Positions 1 to 8,640 of a DNA stretch of 10,069 bases are shown piece after piece (positions within the stretch are counted from its first letter, which is position 1; the number at the start of each line of letters is the position of its first letter). The notes below the pieces were generated by a model. The model did no database searches. It saw nothing but the letters and a program-made list of their open reading frames with translations, and had not been told where the DNA came from. Made by a program: the position numbers and the translations under genes. Origin of the DNA: Octopus sinensis (lineage: Eukaryota); the NCBI RefSeq assembly GCF_006345805.1, contig NW_021827623.1, forward strand, positions 1-10,069, given 5' to 3'.

Positions 1-150
1 GTTTTTAAACTTAATTGTCACAATACAAAAAAAAAAAAAAATCTCGCTGTCGAAAATCGTTAAAGTATCGGAAAAATTAAGTCATGGTATTTGTGCCGAC
101 GTGGCGGCGAGCTGGCAGAAACGTTAGCACGTCGGACGGATTGCGTAGCC

Positions 151-640
151 GTATTTCGTCTGCCGTTACGTTCTGAGTTCAAATTCCGCCGAGGACGACT
201 TTTCCTTTCATCCTTTCGGGGTCGATTAATTAAGTACCAGTTACGCACTGGGGTCGATGTAATCGACTTAATACCTATGTCTGTCCTTGTTTGTCCCCTC
301 TGCGTTTAGCCCCTTGTGGGTAATAAAGAAATAGGTATTTCGTCTGCCGTTGCGTTCTGAGTTCAAATTCCGCCGAGGTCGACTTTGCCTTTCATCCTTC
401 CGGGGTCGATAAATTAAGTACCAGTTGCGCACTGGGGTCGATGTAATCGACTTAATCCGTTTGTCTGTCCTTGTTTTGTCCTCTCTGTGTTTAGCCCCTT
501 GTGGGTAGTAAAGAAATAGGTATTTTATCTGTCTTTATGTTCTGAGTTCAAATTCCGCCGAGGTCGACTTTGCATTTCATCCTTTCGGGATCAATAAAAT
601 TAGTAACGGTTATGCACTGGAGTCGATGTAAATCGACTTA
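151..640 (+). repeat. Tandem ~184-185 bp repeat, about 2.7 copies, inside SINE A
   Basis: GTATTT(C/T)..CTG...GTTCTGAGTTCAAATTCCGCCGAGG units begin at 151, 335 and 520 (periods 184 and 185). The third copy is more diverged and has a different 3' end. Confidence 0.95.
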
Positions 641-684
641 ATTCCTTCCCCTAAATTTGAGGTCTTGTGCTACCAGTAGAAAGG

Positions 685-685
<1 letters not shown>

Positions 686-731
<46 letters not shown>

Positions 732-743
732 TATTATTATTAT
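686..743. repeat. (ATT)n microsatellite, tail of SINE A
   Basis: Near-pure ATT run directly after the SINE terminus. Confidence 0.95.
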
Positions 744-1040
744 CTTCTTTCAATCCTGCCTACATTTCTTGCCGAGTGTCTTCCCGACACCTAGGGCCGA
801 GAAACGCACTGTATTCATAAAAAAAAACACACCAGATTGTTCATTTACAAAGTCATGTGATAGAGGAAAAGGGAAACAAAGACAGACAGAAAAAGGAAAA
901 AAAGGAAAAAAGTAAACAAAGAAAATAAAGAAGAAAAAAACGAAAGAAAATTCACAGCAACAATGTTCTTCTCAAGACGTGTGACGTAACGCCAGTTAAG
1001 ACAATCTTTTGCACTTCCTGCATGGATTCTAAGTCAGGGA

Positions 1041-1042
<2 letters not shown>
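744..1042 (-). mobile_element. 5'-truncated 3' end of an RLE-type non-LTR retrotransposon, R4/Dong-like
   Basis: Minus strand 1041->952 translates IPDLESMQEVQKIVLTGVTSHVLRRTLLL*. This resembles the C-terminal QKxxLxGTxxILRxxL motif after the restriction-like endonuclease of R4-clade elements. It is followed by a ~210-nt T-rich 3' UTR with a terminal stem-loop and a (TAA)n tail, and is flanked on both sides by (TAA)n. Confidence 0.7.
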
Positions 1043-1096
<54 letters not shown>

Positions 1097-1230
1097 TTAT
1101 TATTATTATTATTTCATTATTATTATTATATTATTATTAGTTATTATTATTATTATTATTATTTTATTATTATTATATTATTAATTATTATTATTATTAT
1201 TATTATTATCATTATTATTATTATTTTATT

Positions 1231-1280
<50 letters not shown>

Positions 1281-1382
1281 GATTATTATTATCATTATTA
1301 TTATTATTATTATCCATATTATTATTATTATCATTATTATTATTATTATTATTATTATCATTATTTATTATTATTATTATTA

Positions 1383-1421
<39 letters not shown>

Positions 1422-1585
1422 CATTATTATTATATTATTATTATTATCATTAATTATTTTTATTATTCTTTTATTATTATTATTATTATTTATTATTATT
1501 ATTATTATTATCTTATTATTATTAATTATATTATTATCATTATTATTTTATTATTATTATTATTATATAATTATTATTATTATTA

Positions 1586-1625
<40 letters not shown>

Positions 1626-1678
1626 CTTATTATTAATATTATCATTATTATTATTATTATCTTATCATTATTATTATT

Positions 1679-1709
<31 letters not shown>

Positions 1710-1716
1710 TATCATT

Positions 1717-1759
<43 letters not shown>

Positions 1760-1801
1760 TATTATTATTATTATTATTATCGTATTATTATTATTATTAT
1801 T

Positions 1802-1832
<31 letters not shown>

Positions 1833-1903
1833 TATATTATTATTATATTATTATCTTATTATTATTAATTATTATTATTATTATTACATTATTATTATTA
1901 TTA

Positions 1904-1962
<59 letters not shown>

Positions 1963-1994
1963 TTATTATTATTATTATTATTATTTTATCATTA

Positions 1995-2027
<33 letters not shown>

Positions 2028-2062
2028 GTTATTATTATCATCATATTATTATTATTATATTC

Positions 2063-2096
<34 letters not shown>

Positions 2097-2112
2097 CATT
2101 ATTATTATTATT

Positions 2113-2146
<34 letters not shown>

Positions 2147-2201
2147 TATTATTATTATTTATTATTATATTATTATTATTTCATTATTATTATTATTATT
2201 A

Positions 2202-2234
<33 letters not shown>

Positions 2235-2356
2235 CATTATTATTATTATTATATTATTATTATTATTTTATTATTATTATTATTATCATTATTATTATTA
2301 TTATATTATTATATTATTATTATTATTATATTATTATTATTATATATTATTACATA

Positions 2357-2423
<67 letters not shown>

Positions 2424-2426
2424 CAT
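1043..2426. repeat. Very long degenerate (ATT)n microsatellite, ~1.38 kb
   Basis: Continuous ATT units with ATC variants and frequent 1-nt indels. Confidence 0.98.
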
Positions 2427-2620
2427 CTGAAGACTGTATGACATTCGCAAAATGGCTGGCTCCATTTTGGAATTCTTGTTAAATTTCTTTTCCCTCCATC
2501 AAAAACACCGTTTCAGATATTCTCCATTAAAACTGATGAATACAGCCTCGTTTTCGCCATCGCTGATTTCCTGTTTTGTCTCTCGCTAACCAATGAGCAT
2601 TGAGTACTGTTTCTATGGCA

Positions 2621-2634
2621 GTGTGTACGTGTGC

Positions 2635-2666
<32 letters not shown>

Positions 2667-3308
2667 GTGTGTGTATGTATGCGTGATTGTGTGTACGTGA
2701 CTGTACGTGTGTGTGTACATGTGTATGTGTACGTGTGTATATACGTATGTACGCGTGCGTGTGTACGCGTGCGTGTGTGTGCGTACGTTTGTGTGTGTGT
2801 ACGTGTGTGTACCCGTGTATGTGTGTGTATGTGTGTGTGTGTATGTGTGAGTATGTGTACGTGTGTGTGTGTACGTGTGAGTCTGTGTGTGTGCGTGTGA
2901 GTGTGTACATGTGTGTGTTTATGCGTGTGAGTGTGTACGTGTGTGTGTATGTGCGTGTATGTGTTTGTATGTATATGCATGTATGAGTGTAAATGCATGA
3001 GTATGCGCGTATATGTATATTTACGTATATGTATGTATATTTATAAATATATGTGTGTGTATGTATGTATATGCATGTGTGTGAATATATATGAATGTAT
3101 GTATGTATATATATATGCACGTATACACACGCCTGCTGCTTTATGGTGCTTACTGTACAGGCTTATATATATGTGTATGTATGTATACGAATGTTTGTCT
3201 CTTTCTGTGTGTATGTGCATATGCGCGTGCGCGTGTGTGTGTGAGTGTATAGATGTATGTCTACATGTATATGTGTATATATATATTTGTATATGTTTGT
3301 ATGTATGT
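2621..3308. repeat. Degenerate (GT)n/(GTAT)n/(AT)n compound microsatellite
   Basis: Alternating purine-pyrimidine tract, with one short unique interruption at ~3130-3163. Confidence 0.95.
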
Positions 3309-3371
3309 GCTATTTCAATTTGGAAGCAACAGATCGCTGAGCATTCCAACTATTGTCTGGAACTGAAGAAC

Positions 3372-3610
3372 CACACACACACACACATGCACACACACAC
3401 ACACGCGCACACACACACACACACATACGCACACACGCACACACGCACACACACACACAAATACACACACAAATACACGCAAATTTAAATGTGCACACGC
3501 ACATACATAAAACACACATGCACATACACACACATACACTATGTGCACAGTTTCGTATATTCACGTACAAGCAAATGTAGACATACACACTGACCTACGC
3601 ACATGCGCAC
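3372..3610. repeat. Degenerate (CA)n microsatellite
   Basis: CA/CACG/CATA alternating tract. Confidence 0.93.
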
Positions 3611-3730
3611 AAACAAAAAGAACGCAGCTCGGATAACGGACAGAGTCAGTGACCATTGAATAGGTTGCAAGACAAAACGGACATTTTAGGACAAAATAAA
3701 TAAGTAAATGAGTGAAAATCGAACCGGTGA

Positions 3731-3880
3731 GTGTAGGAGTGGCTGTGTGGTAAATAGCTTGCTTACCAACCACATGGTTCCGGGTTCAGTCCCACTGCGT
3801 GTTACCTCGGGCAAGCTTCGGGGCGACCAGAGCCTTGAGAGTGGATTTGGTAGACGAAACTGAAAGAAGCCCGTCGTATA
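3731..3880 (+). mobile_element. tRNA-derived SINE (family B), 5' portion
   Basis: A-box TGGCTGTGTGG at 3740-3750 and B-box GGTTCAGTCCC at 3783-3793, followed by CCTCGGGCAAG and a body ending GAAAGAAGCCCGTCG that runs into TA/GT repeats. No 3' tail or TSD seen. Confidence 0.75.
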
Positions 3881-3890
3881 TACATATATT

Positions 3891-3891
3891 G

Positions 3892-3924
<33 letters not shown>

Positions 3925-3956
3925 TTATGTCTGTGTGTGTTTATGTGTGTGTGTGT
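3891..3956. repeat. (GT)n microsatellite
   Basis: GT run with a few TT/CT interruptions directly after SINE B. Confidence 0.95.
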
Positions 3957-4016
3957 ATTTACAGATGTTCCCTGTATTCCAATATTTACATTGCACACAC
4001 ATACACATTTTCCCTT

Positions 4017-4167
4017 CATCGTCGTCGTTGTCGTCATCATCGTCATCATCACCATCATCATCATCATCATCATCACCACCACCACCATCATCATCAATAT
4101 CATCATCATCATCATCATAACCATCATCATCATCATCATCTTCATCATCGTCATCATCATCATCATC

Positions 4168-4199
<32 letters not shown>

Positions 4200-4244
4200 C
4201 ACCACCACCACCATCATCAATATCATCATCATCATCACCATCAC

Positions 4245-4285
<41 letters not shown>

Positions 4286-4407
4286 CCGTCATCATCATCA
4301 ACATCATCATCACCATCATCATCATCATCATCATCATCATCACCGTCATCATCATCATCAACATCATCATCACTGTCATCATCATCATCACCATCATCAT
4401 CATCATT

Positions 4408-4444
<37 letters not shown>

Positions 4445-4472
4445 CCGTCATCATCATCAACATCATCATCAC

Positions 4473-4525
<53 letters not shown>

Positions 4526-4622
4526 CCGTCATCATCATCATCAACATCATCATCACTGTCATCATCATCACCATCATCACATCATCATCATCGTCATCAT
4601 CATCAACATCATCATCACTGTC

Positions 4623-4654
<32 letters not shown>

Positions 4655-4695
4655 CATCATCATCACCGTCATCATCGTTGTCATCGTCATCGTTG
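4017..4695. repeat. (CAT)n microsatellite, ~680 bp, with higher-order variant pattern
   Basis: CAT units with recurring CAC-CGT, CAA and CAC-TGT variants. It is the source of the poly-His, poly-Met and poly-Ile ORFs. Confidence 0.97.
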
Positions 4696-4879
4696 TAACG
4701 CTGGTGTTCCTCTTTTTCCTCCCATAAACCTATTCGTTAGTTCTATAGAGTTGTCAACATCTCCTGCCAAATCGTTCAGCGTTCTGACGCGAACGTGCAC
4801 ACACACTACACACACACACGCGCGCACACACATACACGTACACGCACTCACCAGTTATGATGCACCCAGTAAACTACAT

Positions 4880-5095
4880 TCGATCCACCCCTCCATCCTC
4901 CACCCGCCACCCGCCACCTTCTGCTGCACATTTTCCTGCACCTTCTTCCATATTTCTCCTGTTTGCATTCTCCTCTGTTGCCACCCTCTTCCCACCCCGA
5001 TCACATCCACCCAGCCACCCCTTTAACCCTTTTCCCACCACCACCACCACCACCCTGCTGTCATCGCTCTTTTCATCAGCCTCATCAACATCACT

Positions 5096-5144
<49 letters not shown>

Positions 5145-5280
5145 CTCCTCCCACTTTCGCTTCTATTATTTTCCTCTTTCTCTATTTCCCCTCCTCCTTT
5201 TCCTCTCCTCTACCCACAACTCTCCTCCCCACCCACTTCTCCGCCTGTCTTTTACCAAAGAATCCACCCCACTCGCCCTC
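4880..5280. repeat. C/pyrimidine-rich low-complexity tract including (CT)n at 5100-5142
   Basis: Strong pyrimidine bias on the + strand, a CCA run at ~5035-5055 and a pure CT run. Confidence 0.85.
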
Positions 5281-5783
5281 TTATACACGCACACATATAC
5301 ACATGCGCGAACATTCACATACGATCCACAGTTGACATATACGCATACATACACGCATCCCTACACATACATATAGAATCATATCTATACCTAAAGTTAT
5401 ACACACACACACGCACACACACGCACACACGCATACACACACAAACACATATTTACACACACGAACATATACAGATTTCTACACACTTGCATTCAGTCCT
5501 ATAAACGAGTTCTCACTCGTAATAATCACTTACACACACTAATACAGACATATACATATATACACACACTTTCTTACAAAGTCATAATTGTATACACACA
5601 CACATATAAACACCTGTACACACATACACATATATTCCCAGCTATATACACATAAATACATACATGAACACACATGTACGTACACACATATTCACGCGTA
5701 TGCACTCACTTAAATGTACACACATATTAATATACATAAACACACATTCATCATACATGTACACACACACACACACACACACA
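5281..5783. repeat. Degenerate (CA)n/(TA)n microsatellite
   Basis: Alternating AC/AT tract ending in pure (AC)n at 5761-5783. Confidence 0.88.
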
Positions 5784-5785
5784 TG

Positions 5786-6290
5786 CAGGGTGCGGTGAAT
5801 ATATTGTCGTCTAAATGACGCAAAAATGAAAAGAACACTGGCGTCTCATTTTAACAGATATATTTACCAAAATTATAGAAAAATATCTTGAAATACTAAA
5901 GAGTGAATTTATTCACTAAAATCGCCATTGGTTTCACCCACAGCCTCCAGATGGATGGTCTCATTGTTTAAGTTGGTGAATGCTGCCATAATCCTTGCAT
6001 TCACTTCATCTTTGGTGTTACAAGGAGTGTTGTTGGTCTTTCACTCAACTGTGCCCCACACATAATAACCAAGCGGGGTTGTGGTCTAGGGAGTTAGGTG
6101 GCCAGATATTAGGGGTGATGTGGTTGCAGAAATTGTCTGACATCCATGACTGGGTTCTCTTGCATGTGTGACATGGTGCAGAGTCCTGTTGCCAGACATA
6201 GAGTCTTCCAGCAGCCACCCTCTTGACCCAGGGAGGCACTACCTCCTCCAGGCATTCCGTGTTGAGTCTGAGGCTGTGTGGGAAGATGAA
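5786..6290 (-). mobile_element. Decayed Tc1/mariner DNA transposon, DD37D (maT/Bmmar1-type): transposase C-terminal half plus one terminus
   Basis: Minus strand reads FIFPHSLRLNTECLEEVVPPWVKRVAAGRLYVWQQDSAPCH...WPPNSLDHNP, then a +1 frameshift, then LGYYVWGTVE*KTNNTPCNTKDEVNARIMAAFTNLNNETIHLEAVGETNGDFSE* (stop at 5909-5911). There are 37 residues between the D of QQDSAP and the LDY-equivalent position. A CAGGGTG terminus at 5786 is a plausible TIR start; no partner TIR was found. Confidence 0.87.
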
Positions 6291-6475
6291 AAATGAAAGA
6301 CGGAAGATGGAATATACGAGAATTTATTATTAATCGCGACAAATTGTTTCGACACATCTACCACCGATCCCTGATGAGTGGGACACTCAACAACTGGTTC
6401 TTCCGTGTACCTAACGATCACTGTGAAAGTAACCGTGCTACCAGGTGTAAACCATTTGCTTTAATATCCATTATA

Positions 6476-6519
6476 TGTGTGTGTGTGCGTGCGTGTGTCT
6501 GTGTGTGTTTGTGCGTGTG

Positions 6520-6554
<35 letters not shown>

Positions 6555-6561
6555 GCGTGTG
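6476..6561. repeat. (GT)n microsatellite
   Basis: GT run with a few GC/CT/TT variants. Confidence 0.95.
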
Positions 6562-7061
6562 TTATTTTACACGACTTTGAGTATGCAGGCAACAACGGTC
6601 ATTATATTTCAAAGAGGCCTCTGCGTGACTGGAGATCATGGTGGGGCGAATCATCCTCAAACCTGCTTCCCCACGGAGTGGACCCTGCAGAAGGCACCGA
6701 AGGACGAGGTGGGGGTACCAAACTGGACCGAGAGGGAGGGATCGACTGCATCCTCCCGAATGGAACAATCCTCTCCAAGAAGCTCAAAAAGTTTCTGTTT
6801 TTTTTTTTTAATTCCTTCGATGAGACTTTGGTCGATGGAAAAGACTGGCACAAGAAACCCCACGATGGGAATGATCCTGAATATTTGTAATTACGAAGAG
6901 AGCTTCTTAGACATACAGACAGACATATTTGACGAGAAAAAGGTGAAAAAGAGGTGGACAAGGAATTAATGTATTTGACTGAGCTGATCAAATCAATTAG
7001 TTGACGAAATAAGCTCCGGTAAGGGAGATAACTGCAATAATATCAATCAATTGAAACTGCT

Positions 7062-7373
7062 GTGGAGGCACATGGCCTAGTGGTTAGAGCAGCGGACTCG
7101 CGGTCGAGGGATCGCGGGTTCGAATCTCAGACTGGTCGATGTGTGTGTTTATGAGCGAAAAAACCTAAACTCTTCGCGGCTCCGGCAGAAGGTAATGGCG
7201 AACTTCTGCTGACTCTTTCGCCACAACTTTCTCTCACTCTTTCCTCCTGCATCTTGCAGCTCACCTGCGATGGACCGGCGTCCCGTCCAGGTAGGGTACC
7301 TATACGCCAAGGAAACCGGGAAACCGGTCCTTATGAGCCAGGCATGGTTTGAGAACGAACAAACAACAACAAA
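7062..7373 (+). mobile_element. Full-length tRNA-derived SINE (family C) with 13-bp TSD
   Basis: A-box TGGCCTAGTGG at 7073-7083, B-box GGTTCGAATCT at 7117-7127, (AAC)n/A tail at ~7358-7373. Perfect direct repeats AATTGAAACTGCT at 7049-7061 and 7374-7386. Confidence 0.92.
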
Positions 7374-7464
7374 AATTGAAACTGCTAAGAAAATAGACAT
7401 GTAATCGATTGGCGTAAGCAACCGACGTTCCGTTGTTATTCGACCTCGTCAGCGAAGTAGAAAG

Positions 7465-7735
7465 ACGGGGATAGAGAAAGAGAGGGGGAGAGATAAAGGG
7501 TGTAGGTAGAGTGACTGAGATAGTGATGGAGAGGATGAGAGGAAGAGAGAGCAAAAGAGAGAGAGAGAGGGAGAAGGGATGATTTCGTGAAATGACAAAC
7601 CGTATTTATTGGAATATTTCTGAGCATGGGGGTGGGGAGATGGCGGAGGAGGATGCTATGAATCTGATGGGGGCGGGGGAGGGGAAAGTTGTAAAGAGAG
7701 GTAGAGATGGAGAAAGGGTGGGGTGGGGGGAGAGG
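7465..7735. repeat. Purine-rich (GA)n and G-run low-complexity tract
   Basis: GA repeats at ~7470-7580 and G3-G6 runs at 7628-7730. Confidence 0.75.
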
Positions 7736-7828
7736 CCTTTAAGCCAACAGAATTGCTCTGATGGATTCAACCAACCAGGAATTACGAAATCAAAAATAAG
7801 CTGAATGTCAGCATTCGGACAGTTCTTG

Positions 7829-7903
7829 CTTTCCTTCTTTCTTTCTTCCTTTCTTTCCTTCTTTCTTTCCTTTTTTATTTCTTTCTTTCTTTCTTTCTTT
7901 TTT
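7829..7903. repeat. (CTTT)n microsatellite
   Basis: Degenerate CTTT/CCTT units. Confidence 0.92.
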
Positions 7904-8004
7904 AAACTACGCTCTTATTTTCTGCTGCTGTTGCTATTTGCTGATGACGATGATGATGATGATGGTGCTTCTCAACTAAATGATGCAGCGATAGGGTTTT
8001 TAAA

Positions 8005-8105
8005 CACACACACGTATGTATGTATGTATGTATGTATGTATGTATGTATGTATGTATGTATGTATAATTGTACGGGTGTATAGATAGCGGAATAGATAGA
8101 TAGAA

Positions 8106-8150
<45 letters not shown>

Positions 8151-8171
8151 CATATCTATCTATATATATAT

Positions 8172-8211
<40 letters not shown>

Positions 8212-8517
8212 CCGTTTTTTTGTGTCGTCTCTGTGTATTTCACGTTCTTGTCCCTTTTATATATAATTTTTATATCTATATATATAGTTAGATAGATAGG
8301 TAGATAAGCATACATACATACATACATACATACATACATACATACATACGAGCGTACATACATATCTATATACACTCACGTGTGCGCACACACGGTCGCA
8401 CTCACACACACACACAACACACACACACACGCAATCACACACGCAAATCCACAATGTGACCAGGAGTCGTGAGAATGGGGTAATGGAAGCGGAAACTGAA
8501 AATTCAGTTGTCACATG

Positions 8518-8550
<33 letters not shown>

Positions 8551-8640
8551 TACATTGATATTGACTTGTATGTACGTGTGTATGTGTGTGTGTGTGTGTG
8601 TGTGTTGTGTGTGTGTGTGTGTGTCTGTGTGTGTGTGTGT
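8005..8640. repeat. Compound microsatellite cluster: (TATG)n, (TAGA)n, (TA)n, (CATA)n, (CA)n, (GT)n
   Basis: Successive simple repeats separated by short unique spacers. Confidence 0.9.

Larger units (their letters stand above)
103..743 (+). mobile_element. tRNA-derived SINE (family A) with internally triplicated body and (ATT)n tail
   Basis: tRNA-like head GGCGGCGAGCTGGCAGAAACGTTAG (A-box-like, from 103). B-box-like GTTCAAATTCC at 177-187, repeated in each unit. Body is followed by a terminal segment ending AGTAGAAAGG and then (ATT)n from ~686. No TSD visible. Confidence 0.8.

Noticed and set aside
151-640. Regularly spaced repeats as a CRISPR array
   Set aside because: The whole 184-bp unit repeats, there are no unique spacers, and the context is eukaryotic.
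1022-2430. Long poly-Ile/Leu/Tyr ORFs (86 aa and 383 aa)
   Set aside because: Translations of the (ATT)n array. Frames ATT, TTA and TAT contain no stop codons.
2513-3588. His-Thr and Cys-Val dipeptide ORFs
   Set aside because: Translations of CA/GT microsatellites.
3786-4727. Poly-His, poly-Met and poly-Ile/Ser ORFs of 264-299 aa
   Set aside because: Read-through of (GT)n and (CAT)n. No codon-level or domain evidence of a real His-rich protein.
4773-4795. Small hairpins such as CGTTC-A-GCGT/ACGC-GAACG, AGTGAAT/ATTCACT (5902-5917) and AACTGAA/TTCAGTT (8494-8509)
   Set aside because: Isolated 7-9 bp stems with no contextual support; several are expected in 10 kb.
5817-5852. Interleaved inverted pairs GACGC/GCGTC and AAAATGA/TCATTTT (pseudoknot topology) near the transposon end
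   Set aside because: The stems are short and AT-rich, expected by chance, and there is no comparative support.
6362-6460. CTGATGAG followed later by GAAA, as a possible hammerhead
   Set aside because: The GAGTG/CACTC hairpin is not followed by GAAA, and no 3' strand complementary to the upstream stem I (CCGATCC) exists. CTGATGA at 2533 and 7941, and on the minus strand near 5073-5079, also lacks the rest of the core.
7064-7135. A genuine tRNA gene
   Set aside because: A and B boxes are present, but the acceptor and anticodon stems do not close properly, there is no T-run terminator, and it continues into a SINE body bounded by TSDs.
7628-7730. G-quadruplex in the G-run cluster
   Set aside because: No four G3 runs lie within 7-nt loops; the groups of 2-3 runs are separated by more than 30 nt.
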